Shown: positions 26,531-34,648 of the stretch, piece by piece
How positions within the stretch are numbered: position 1 is the stretch's first letter
How the letters are laid out: each line of letters begins with the position of its first letter
Source of the DNA: Pyrinomonadaceae bacterium
GTDB lineage: Bacteria > Acidobacteriota > Blastocatellia > Pyrinomonadales > Pyrinomonadaceae
Direction of reading: 5' to 3'
Length of the DNA stretch: 64,000 nt
Assembly (NCBI GenBank): GCA_036006625.1
Contig: DASYPN010000260.1
Coordinates: 295 to 64,294 of the forward strand
Translations under genes and position numbers: made by a program
Notes under the pieces: generated by a model
Told to the model about the DNA's origin: nothing
Seen by the model: the letters and a program-made list of their open reading frames with translations, nothing else
The model's database searches: none

Positions 26531-28489
26531 CTAGTCGCCGCGACCAACGAGCGCGGCGATTGCTTTGATCATGTCTGCCTGCTCGATCGGTTTCGCCATG
26601 TGCTGCTGGTAACCCGTATTGAGCGCGCGCTCGCGATCTTTGCGCGAGGCGTATCCGGTCAACGCAATCGCCGGCGTCTTACCACCTCGCTCCGGCGGCA
26701 ACGCTCGCAACTTTCGCATCAATTCGTAACCATCCTGGTCCGGCATTCCGATATCGCTGATTAACACATCCGGCAACTCACCTTCAAACACAGCGAGCGC
26801 CTCGGCCGCCGATTTGGTCGACGTCACACGAGCGCCGTACCGCTTGAGCATCGTGCCCAGCAGTTTGCGCGAATCGTCGTCGTCTTCAACCAGCAACACG
26901 TGCACGCCATCGAGCCTGACCGCGCCCATCCGGCTGCGACGCCGCTCAACTTCCCTCCTGCGCTCTTCCGCACGCGCGGGATCTCTGCGTTCCTGTGCGA
27001 GCGGAAGATCAACTGTAAAAACAGCGCCTTTCCCGATCCCGTCACTCTCCGCGCGAATCGTTCCGCCATGCAACTCAACCAGGTGTCGTGCGACCGCAAG
27101 TCCCAGCCCGAGACCGCCCTGCTTTCGAGATATTGAACCTTCCGCCTGCCGGAAGCGATCGAACACGTACGGCAGAAACTCCGGCGAGATTCCGTCACCA
27201 GTATCGCTGACAGTCAATCGTGCAGTCGACTCCACACACGTCAGATCGATACTCACGCTGCCGTGACGCGGTGTGAACTTGATCGCGTTCGAGAGCAGGT
27301 TCCAGATTACCTGTCGCAGACGATTTGGATCGCCCTTCACCAAACACTGGCCGGGCACAAAACGCGTTTGCAGCTTCATGCCTTTGGCGTCCGCGGTGGG
27401 ACGCAACGCATCGAGAGCAGTGTCGACTATTGGCGCGAGATTGAGCGGATGCAAGTCGAGACGGAGATTGCCGGTGATGATCCTTGAAACGTCGAGGAGA
27501 TCGTCAATCAGTCGCGCCTGCGAGCGCGCGTTGCGCTCAATCGTTTCAATCGCACGCGCAGCATTCGAGCCTTCGACTTCACCATTGCGGATCATCGACG
27601 CCCAGCCGAGTATCGACGTCAACGGCGTTCGCAACTCGTGCGAGAGTGTTGCGAGAAACTCGTCCTTGAGTCGATCAGCTTCTTCTGCGTGCTGGCGCGC
27701 GTCGCGCTCGCGAACTAATGACGCCGCTCGCTCTTCTTCAGCACTTTGTCGCGCTGTCACGTCTAGGACGAGTGAAAGAACCGAAACCAGTTTCCCGCGC
27801 TCGTCACGCAGCACCGAGTTGTACCACTCGCAGTAAAGAATCGAGCCTTCGCGCGTGTAATTGCGGTTGCGAGTTATGCCCTGAACTTCTACACCTTCGC
27901 GCTGGCGGTTTGTTACGAGCGCCACGGCATCGACGTCGTCAGTGAAAACAAAACGCCACTCGTTGACGTGTTTGCCGAGTACGTCTTCCGCTTTCCAACC
28001 GAAGAGTCGTTCGGCGGACGCAGACCAGCGCGACACGCGGAAGTCAGTGTCCCATTCGACAACGGCCAGCGGCGAACTCTCCACGTGAAATTCCAAACGC
28101 CTCGTTGCTTCTTCAGCTTGCTTGCGCACACTGATGTCACCGATCACAGCGATGACACCGGTTACATTGTTCTGTTCGTCGAGAAGAGGTGTATAACGAC
28201 TCTCGAAGACGCCGGTTTCAGCGTAAGGATGACTCTCCGTAATTAATTCCTGTCCCGCGAGGGCCGCTGAAAAATAATCATCTTTCTCGCCGTCGCGCAG
28301 AAAAGGAAAGACATCAACCACACATTTGCCGAGCACTTCATCGCGGCTGAAGCCGCAGATTTGTTGCATCGCTCGATTCCAGGCTATGAGCCGGCAATCG
28401 CGATCGAACGCGAAGATACCGTCGACGCTGGCATCGATCATTCGCTCGAGTAGTTGTGCGGAGTTCCTTTCCAAGTTTTGAGACGCCAC
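26531..28489 (-). CDS. PAS hybrid sensor histidine kinase with a receiver, paralog of 15347..18043
   Basis: GTG start; two PAS modules; LSHELRTPLTSILGW; GGLGLGLAVARHLVELHGG; receiver VLLVEDDDDS...DVLISDIGMP...MAKP. It shares runs such as GKLVSVLSLVLDVT with the other kinase. Confidence 0.9.
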   Translation of the reverse strand: MASQNLERNSAQLLERMIDASVDGIFAFDRDCRLIAWNRAMQQICGFSRDEVLGKCVVDVFPFLRDGEKDDYFSAALAGQELITESHPYAETGVFESRYTPLLDEQNNVTGVIAVIGDISVRKQAEEATRRLEFHVESSPLAVVEWDTDFRVSRWSASAERLFGWKAEDVLGKHVNEWRFVFTDDVDAVALVTNRQREGVEVQGITRNRNYTREGSILYCEWYNSVLRDERGKLVSVLSLVLDVTARQSAEEERAASLVRERDARQHAEEADRLKDEFLATLSHELRTPLTSILGWASMIRNGEVEGSNAARAIETIERNARSQARLIDDLLDVSRIITGNLRLDLHPLNLAPIVDTALDALRPTADAKGMKLQTRFVPGQCLVKGDPNRLRQVIWNLLSNAIKFTPRHGSVSIDLTCVESTARLTVSDTGDGISPEFLPYVFDRFRQAEGSISRKQGGLGLGLAVARHLVELHGGTIRAESDGIGKGAVFTVDLPLAQERRDPARAEERRREVERRRSRMGAVRLDGVHVLLVEDDDDSRKLLGTMLKRYGARVTSTKSAAEALAVFEGELPDVLISDIGMPDQDGYELMRKLRALPPERGGKTPAIALTGYASRKDRERALNTGYQQHMAKPIEQADMIKAIAALVGRGD

Positions 28490-28510
28490 GGATCGGTGTG
28501 AGTTTGGGGT

Positions 28511-29752
28511 TTATGTTCCGGCCGTGAGCAGCATCAATCCCGTCGCATCGCGAACCAGTATATTCGAACCGAGTAGAACCGGCGTGGCAAACGTCGACGC
28601 TTGCGCCACTTCATAACGATGCTCGACGGCAAACACCGGCGTATTGCGCTTCGCGACAATCAGGTCAGCGCCGTTAGTCAAAAAGATTACGTGCTGGGGA
28701 GTGAGCAACAAAGAAGCGTGCTCGCCTTCTCTGCCCTCGGTGGTCCAACGCACGGCGCCTGTCTTCGCGTCGATTGCAAAAAACTGTCCCTTCCGCTTTG
28801 ACGAGTGACCGTAGATCAAGCCGTCGCCAAAAACAGGAGAACTCATGTACATCGCGATGTCGGGATTTTTCCAGATCTCGGTTGCCTGCCACTTGCCGGC
28901 AGTTTGCGCCAGCGTGAAAGCGTGAGTTCCCTGTCGGGTGCCGGAGACGACGAGTTGAGCGCCGGTCCATAACGGCGTGGAAATGTTCTCGTGCCATTCG
29001 TCGGGAAACGGCACGGACCACAACTCTTTACCGGTTTTGCCGTCGAGACCGACTATGGAGCCTTCGGTCATCGCCACGATCTGCTGAGTGCCCGCGAGTT
29101 CCACCAGTACAGGCGAAGCATAGCCTGGTCCAGGTCCTTGCCACTCCCACTCGGTTGCTCCGGTAGCGGGATTCAGTGCGAGCACTTGCCCACCGTGAAT
29201 ATCGCTGCCGATTTGGACCACGACACGTCCGTTAACCAGTAGCGGCGAAGCTGCTGTGCCGCAAAACAATTTCGAAGTATCGATCGACTTTGAAAAATCT
29301 CTGGTCCATAGCTGTTTGCCGGTCGCTGTGTCCCACGCGCTGAGAACTCCGGTTACGCCGAGTGTGAACAATCGATCGCCAACGACGAGGGGAGTGGCGT
29401 TGGGTCCCTTCGCCATCTCGACCGCGTACTGGTTCTTCTTGAATTCAGCCTGATATTTCTGCTGCCACAGCACTTTGCCGTCGGCGAGATTGATGCTCGA
29501 CACGATCTCTTCGGGATCGCGGCGCCCGTGAATAAACACTTTGCCATTGGCGACCACCGGCGATGAATAGCCTTCGCCAATCTCCACACGCCACGTTTGC
29601 TTCAGCTTTTCGGGCCACGCCGCAGGCGTATTTTTGGTCGACACCGACCCATCTCGCGCCGGCCCGCGCCACTGCGTCCACTCCTGTGCCTCGGTAGCCG
29701 TTGCCGCAAAAAGTAGAACGATTAAGCCACTAATGAATCTTGCTTTACTCAT
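28511..29752 (-). CDS. PQQ-like (BamB-type) beta-propeller repeat protein, secreted
   Basis: The ORF track starts at 29860, inside a family B repeat. I prefer ATG 29752 (MSKARFISGLIVLLFAATATEA). The repeat signature recurs as GKVLWQ, GKQLWT, GATEWEW, GKELWS and GAVRWT. Confidence 0.8.
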   Translation of the reverse strand: MSKARFISGLIVLLFAATATEAQEWTQWRGPARDGSVSTKNTPAAWPEKLKQTWRVEIGEGYSSPVVANGKVFIHGRRDPEEIVSSINLADGKVLWQQKYQAEFKKNQYAVEMAKGPNATPLVVGDRLFTLGVTGVLSAWDTATGKQLWTRDFSKSIDTSKLFCGTAASPLLVNGRVVVQIGSDIHGGQVLALNPATGATEWEWQGPGPGYASPVLVELAGTQQIVAMTEGSIVGLDGKTGKELWSVPFPDEWHENISTPLWTGAQLVVSGTRQGTHAFTLAQTAGKWQATEIWKNPDIAMYMSSPVFGDGLIYGHSSKRKGQFFAIDAKTGAVRWTTEGREGEHASLLLTPQHVIFLTNGADLIVAKRNTPVFAVEHRYEVAQASTFATPVLLGSNILVRDATGLMLLTAGT

Positions 29753-29784
29753 GGATACCTCTTCGGGGACAGGGGGAAGATCAT

Positions 29785-29814
29785 GCCACAAAAAGGCACA
29801 AAAAGCACAAAATC
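29785..29814. repeat. Family B unit (GCCACAAAAAGGCACAAAAAGCACAAAATC), single arm
   Basis: The same A-rich GCACAAAAA periodic motif occurs at 32280-32370 and 51046-51097, with degenerate copies at 34563-34583 and 63040-63071. Confidence 0.7.
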
Positions 29815-29883
29815 TCAGCCCGCAGGACTTTGGCTGCACCAAAGATTTTGCGATTCTCATGCGTTTTCTGTTAGGCTCCGGCT

Positions 29884-30102
29884 ATGAAGCTCACGGCCAA
29901 AGTCCTCTACAACACAAGTGTCAAAAAACTTCCACCTCAGGAACGTTTGCATCTGGCTATCATGATCCTCAATGAAATGATTGCCAATGAAGAAACCATC
30001 GATTACAGCGATAGCTGGACGGAACAGGATCTCCACGATCTGACCGCCTTCGCGCTTTCTCACAGCGAGAATCCTCATGAAAAATATAGAAGTAAACCTT
30101 GA
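29884..30102 (+). CDS. Candidate antitoxin of a MazF/PemK-type pair
   Basis: 72-aa ORF immediately upstream of the toxin gene, overlapping it by 26 nt. It has an acidic C-terminal half. I recognised no family. Confidence 0.45.
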   Translation: MKLTAKVLYNTSVKKLPPQERLHLAIMILNEMIANEETIDYSDSWTEQDLHDLTAFALSHSENPHEKYRSKP

Positions 30103-30436
30103 GCCCGGTGACGTAGTACTACTCAGTTTTCCTGGAACCAAACAGACTAAAGTTCGACCGGCTGTGATTTTGTCTTCGCGGATGTATAACCGTGTACGGC
30201 CGGACCTCATCCTTGGTCTGGTAACGAGTCAGATAAATGCCGCTCGTGGACCGACAGACCACTTTTTGCAGGACTGGTCTCAAGCACAGCTAACGCGGCC
30301 ATCAGCCTTTCGAGCCTATTTTGCCACGCTTCCAAGATCAGCCGTACGGTTGAGAGTCGGCAAACTTACAGACCGCGATTGGCGAGGCGTTCAGGAAAAA
30401 ACAAAGCTTGCTTTCGGCTTCACGCGCGACCATTGA
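30077..30436 (+). CDS. PemK/MazF-family type II toxin (endoribonuclease-like)
   Basis: 119 aa. LEPGDVVLLSFPGTKQTKVRPAVILS ... ILGLVTSQ ... the pattern matches the MazF/PemK SH3-like fold signature. Confidence 0.75.
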   Translation: MKNIEVNLEPGDVVLLSFPGTKQTKVRPAVILSSRMYNRVRPDLILGLVTSQINAARGPTDHFLQDWSQAQLTRPSAFRAYFATLPRSAVRLRVGKLTDRDWRGVQEKTKLAFGFTRDH

Positions 30437-31270
30437 TCAAACAACGTCGGCGAAGCTCTTGCGGGTGCGGGCGAACCACCAGTAGCCGAAGATGAAAATT
30501 ACGAGGGCGATGACGGTGAAGTAGGCGAGGCCGCGCCAGTCGGGGGCGGCGCCGTCGAGGAAGATGCGACGGTAACTGCGGATGAGGGACGTGAACGGGT
30601 TGAGGTTGATGAAGGTGCGAAAACGTTCCGGGACGATCGATTCCGGGTAGATGATGGGTGTCAGATACATCCACGCCATCAGCAACAGCGTGATTCCTTG
30701 CGTGATGTCCCGTAGAAAGACGCCGAGCGAAGCGATGAGCCATGCGGAGCCGAGTGCTAACAGCAGTTGCGGGATTAGCACCACCGGAAGCCAGAGTCCG
30801 GTTACTTCCAGTCGCTGCCGGATGATGAGCGTTGCGATCAGCAGTGCGACGGTAGCGAATAGTTGCGTGCCCAGTGCCGCGAAGACTTGCGCCGCCGGCA
30901 ATGCCTCGAGCGGGAAGACGACCCTCTTGACTAGATTTGAGTGCGCCACGATCGTGTTGGCCGACTGCTGTATCGCCTCCTGAAACATCGTCCAGGGCAA
31001 CAGACCGCAAAAGAGATAGAGCGCGTAGTCCCAGTGAGAATCATTTGCGCCAAAGCGTGCGCCGAAGATGCCGGCAAAGATGAAGGTGAAGATCGCAATC
31101 ATCACGACCGGCGTGAGCACTGCCCATGCGATGCCGAGCGCTGAGCCCTTGTAACGCGCCAACAACTCTCGCTTCGCAAACGAGAAGATCAACTCCGCTC
31201 GTGACGGCAGTTGCCAGAGTGGTTGCCAGACGTTGCGATGACCGGATGATTGCATCACTGAATCATTCAT
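30437..31270 (-). CDS. wzm: ABC-2-type polysaccharide/O-antigen export permease
   Basis: FAKRELLARYKGSALGIAWAVLTPVVMIAIF and six hydrophobic segments. I prefer the ATG at 31270, which forms an ATGA overlap with the upstream stop; the ORF track start is 31351. Confidence 0.8.
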   Translation of the reverse strand: MNDSVMQSSGHRNVWQPLWQLPSRAELIFSFAKRELLARYKGSALGIAWAVLTPVVMIAIFTFIFAGIFGARFGANDSHWDYALYLFCGLLPWTMFQEAIQQSANTIVAHSNLVKRVVFPLEALPAAQVFAALGTQLFATVALLIATLIIRQRLEVTGLWLPVVLIPQLLLALGSAWLIASLGVFLRDITQGITLLLMAWMYLTPIIYPESIVPERFRTFINLNPFTSLIRSYRRIFLDGAAPDWRGLAYFTVIALVIFIFGYWWFARTRKSFADVV

Positions 31271-32259
31271 TGAATCATTCCGCGGCCGCACCAACTGTTC
31301 TTGTTGTGCCACGCGATCTCGACATCGCGCGCGCCGATATCGCGCCACCACGTTTCGAATTCTTCACGCGAGATGTAGAACGCAGTCGGCGCCACGAGAT
31401 GATCGAAGACGATCGTGTGCTGCTCGCGCCAGCCGAAGCTGGAAAGTGAATTCAAGTAATCGTTGTAAAAAAGATATCTCGCCAGCGACGATCCACTTCG
31501 GTTGAGTGGTCCATAAACTAACTTCGTCGCGAGATACATACACGCTGCCGGGAGTTTTGACAATTGCAGCAGTACGCGTTGATCCAGCCGCGACGTGACA
31601 CGCTCACGCACTGGATTCACCCAACGCGTGATCCATTCATTATTCTCAGCTCCGTAGATCCACGCTGAGACGTGTCCACCGGGTTTTACTTTTGACGCGA
31701 GCGACAGAAATCCACCACGCGGATCCGGTAGATGGTGCAACACTCCAACTGAAAATGCGTAGTCAAACTTTCGCGCAAACGGCAGGCGGTAGATATCAGC
31801 CTGAACGATGTGTGCGTTAGGCAGTGATCGAGTGGCTGCGAATGCAGTCTCAACCGCGGCGCTGAGGTCGATGCCGATGATTTCGCGTGCGCCCCAGCGC
31901 GCTGCTAGTTGCGTGTGACGGCCCTTCCCGCAACCTCCTTCGAGCACAACCTTGTCGCGAAAGAAGTCTGGCGTGACGGGGGTGATCCAGCCGAGAAACT
32001 GTTCGGCGTATCGTTCATCTTCCTGTGTGAAGTGTTGCCACTGCCAACCGAAGTTTGCCGCTGTTTCTTGTTTCTCACTCTCAACGTGATCCAGATTGGC
32101 GAAACGCGGAATGCCGGCGATTATCGGAAATGAAGACGAGCAGGATAAGCAACGCAGCTCACCCTCGATGATCTCTTCGGCTTCGGTCTTGTCGACCGAG
32201 AGATCCAGAGCTCCTTCACACGATGGACAGATGAGATACGCGAGTAGACTCTTCTTCAA
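31267..32259 (-). CDS. Class I SAM-dependent methyltransferase with an N-terminal Trm112-like zinc ribbon
   Basis: CPSCEG...LRCLSCSSSFPIIAGIPRF, followed by VLEGGCGKGRH (SAM motif I). Confidence 0.8.
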   Translation of the reverse strand: MKKSLLAYLICPSCEGALDLSVDKTEAEEIIEGELRCLSCSSSFPIIAGIPRFANLDHVESEKQETAANFGWQWQHFTQEDERYAEQFLGWITPVTPDFFRDKVVLEGGCGKGRHTQLAARWGAREIIGIDLSAAVETAFAATRSLPNAHIVQADIYRLPFARKFDYAFSVGVLHHLPDPRGGFLSLASKVKPGGHVSAWIYGAENNEWITRWVNPVRERVTSRLDQRVLLQLSKLPAACMYLATKLVYGPLNRSGSSLARYLFYNDYLNSLSSFGWREQHTIVFDHLVAPTAFYISREEFETWWRDIGARDVEIAWHNKNSWCGRGMIQ

Positions 32260-32279
32260 GCCGAGCCACTATAGCAATG

Positions 32280-32370
32280 GCCACAAAAAGCACAAAAGGC
32301 ACAAAAAGCACATAAACAAAAACCAAGACTCCATTTTGTGCATTTTTGTGCCTTTTGTGCTTTTTGTGGC
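32280..32370. repeat. Family B inverted pair (32-33-nt arms)
   Basis: GCCACAAAAAGCACAAAAGGCACAAAAAGCAC (32280-32311) pairs with GTGCATTTTTGTGCCTTTTGTGCTTTTTGTGGC (32338-32370). The right arm ends 1 nt from the protease stop codon. Confidence 0.85.
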
Positions 32371-32371
32371 A

Positions 32372-34468
32372 CTAGTTACAGTCGCGGCTGTTGCGAGTGG
32401 CGACCATCCCGAAGCGATTTTGATATTCGGCGGATTGGAGAAAATTGCAGACGAGCGAACGCGCGGCGTCCGAGTCGCGGAGTGGTTTGTTCTTCAGCGT
32501 GTTGAGCCACGCGTTGTAACCCGCTTCATCGGGATTGCGTCGCAGATAGGTGAAGTACTGTAAGAGGACAAGCGCATGGTTGTAGTTGGCATCGACGACA
32601 CGCTGATCGGATGCGAGACGCGTCAGAACCATCGCTCGACCATTCGCAGCATCATCAAGCAGGCTGATCAATAAACTTCGATCGGAACTGAAATCGACGC
32701 CGGAAGTCTGCGCCAACGTGGTAACGAGTGAATCAACAAACTCGGCAGGTTTCATCGTCGCCGGAAACTTGCGTTTGAACTCGGCTCGTTCAACAAACGC
32801 GCTCGCGAGGGCGAGGCGAACGGCTTCGAGCTCACCTTTCTGACTCGTTATCACAGCTCGATCCATCTCGAGATCCGCCAATCGCGGTAGCCGACCAAAG
32901 GAGGTGGAATACAACCCGTACAGAAATACACCCGTTGCCGGCAGTTCGTTTTCAACCAGCAGATTCGTCGAAATCTCGATTCGCCGCGTGCGCAAACACT
33001 CGCTGCGATTGTTGCATGCGGAGAGCTGCGCGTTCAGGCGATCGAGAGTCGTTTGATCGGGTTCGTGGCCGGTCAAATCCGCGTACTGCTGCGCGATAAA
33101 GAAACGAGAGTCGTCAACCGGATTCGCAACTGACAACGACACGCCAGGATCGATCGTGATCGCGCCCGGCACGTAGGCCGTCTCACCGGAGTTTGACTGG
33201 AGTCGCAAAGTGTAATCGCCAAACGGCGCATTCGGCGCCACCGTCAACTCGACGCTCACGATCGGGTATGGCGCTGCGATCTGTTCCCGCGCCAGCGAAG
33301 CAGGATCGACGGTGAAGTAAGGTGAGTTGACGCTGATGCTAGTGCCGGGCACCTGATCGACTCCCTCACCACCCAAATAAACCTTCACACGTCTGCCGGG
33401 CGCGAGTGGCAACGCAACAGTCGAAATCTCAGCGTTGAGTCCGATTACTCTTGGGTTGAGCGCGGATGCTTGTTGCGGTACGAGGTTCGAGTTCAAAGGC
33501 GTCGCCACATCAGCCTTGACCAGCACCTGATTCGAAAGCTCAAAACTGCGAAGCTTCTGTGTGGCGTCATCTGCGGGCGCTGAAACAATCACTCGATACT
33601 GACCCGGCGTGAGACCTTCCAGACGATACGTTCCGTCATCGGCAGTGACGTCGCTCGCAATCACTCGTCCATTAACAACATTCTCGGCCCAGATGTTCAC
33701 GCCGTTGAGCGCAGTCAACGCACCGGGAGTGCGGTTGTCGATGAGTCGACCTTCAATGCGTCCCGATTTCAGTCTCGAACCGTAAAGGCTGACGATTTTC
33801 TGGCGGTCGTCTTCACTCAGAGTGCGCTCGGTCAACGCGGGCAAGCCGAAGGTTCCGTTGTAAGCCTGACGTGCCTGCATCGTTGACGACAAAACGGCGG
33901 AATGGTCCAAGCCGAGGAGATGTCCAATCTCGTGAGTGAAGGTGGCTTCGAGATCGTATGTGCCGGGTGTGCCGTCGGTTGAAAACTGTAGCTCAGTTCC
34001 GTCTTCCGCTCTTGGTCGTGGATTGATGCTGATGTCTGCTTCGGCGATGTTGCCGGTTTCGGGATCGAAGAAGACGCGTGTTCGTCCTGTAGTTGCGGCG
34101 GAGTTGAACGCTTCGTTTTCGGGTGTGGTCGCGATCGTCAGGAGGCTGATGCCGTCGCCTGCGTCGGCGGGGCTGACCGAAGTCGCGGGGGACCATGTGA
34201 CGATGAAGTTGATGTTCGACAAACTGGCCCAGCGAGCAAGTGCACGGCGCGCGGCGCCGACAACGTCGCTATCGGGTTTGATGTTCGCGCCCGGAGACTG
34301 CAACGACGTCGAGAAGGCGACCGCGATGGTCCTTCTGGGCCATTTGATTTTGCGAGCTGTTTGGGTTGTGGGTTCAAACTCGAACGAGTCGCGGATCTCC
34401 AGTCGCTCTCTCGAACCGAGAGAAAAAAACATTGCCACACTCGCAATGACAGCGACCAGATACTGCAT
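32372..34468 (-). CDS. Secreted matrixin-like (M10) zinc metalloprotease with a carboxypeptidase-regulatory-like domain and a C-terminal bipartite DUF4214 module
   Basis: Signal peptide; HEIGHLLGLDHS metzincin motif; GRLIDNRTPGAL...TADDGTYRLEGLTPGQYRV. The C-terminus has FIAQQYADLTGHEPD..C-x6-C and LQYFTYLRRNPDEAGYNAWL...SAEYQNRF. Confidence 0.8.
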   Translation of the reverse strand: MQYLVAVIASVAMFFSLGSRERLEIRDSFEFEPTTQTARKIKWPRRTIAVAFSTSLQSPGANIKPDSDVVGAARRALARWASLSNINFIVTWSPATSVSPADAGDGISLLTIATTPENEAFNSAATTGRTRVFFDPETGNIAEADISINPRPRAEDGTELQFSTDGTPGTYDLEATFTHEIGHLLGLDHSAVLSSTMQARQAYNGTFGLPALTERTLSEDDRQKIVSLYGSRLKSGRIEGRLIDNRTPGALTALNGVNIWAENVVNGRVIASDVTADDGTYRLEGLTPGQYRVIVSAPADDATQKLRSFELSNQVLVKADVATPLNSNLVPQQASALNPRVIGLNAEISTVALPLAPGRRVKVYLGGEGVDQVPGTSISVNSPYFTVDPASLAREQIAAPYPIVSVELTVAPNAPFGDYTLRLQSNSGETAYVPGAITIDPGVSLSVANPVDDSRFFIAQQYADLTGHEPDQTTLDRLNAQLSACNNRSECLRTRRIEISTNLLVENELPATGVFLYGLYSTSFGRLPRLADLEMDRAVITSQKGELEAVRLALASAFVERAEFKRKFPATMKPAEFVDSLVTTLAQTSGVDFSSDRSLLISLLDDAANGRAMVLTRLASDQRVVDANYNHALVLLQYFTYLRRNPDEAGYNAWLNTLKNKPLRDSDAARSLVCNFLQSAEYQNRFGMVATRNSRDCN

Positions 34469-34583
34469 TTTAAGAACTTCCCTGGCGAGGTCGAGTTAAC
34501 TACGTAAAGCGCGGGCGCTGGGACAAGGGGAGTGGCCAGCCGAGGCATGGTACCACGGTTTAGCCACAAAAAGGCACTAAAAA

Positions 34584-34641
34584 CCTCGGAACGTACTGTA
34601 GGGGCGGCCACGGAGGGCCGCCCCTACAGTACGTTCCGAGG
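34584..34641 (-). terminator. Family A element, single-hairpin form, acting as a probable intrinsic terminator of 34649..37144
   Basis: A perfect 26-bp stem (34584-34609 / 34616-34641) with a 6-nt loop begins 7 nt after the stop codon. On the minus strand it is followed directly by TTTTT (34583-34579). Confidence 0.65.
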
Positions 34642-34648
34642 TGCGTGA

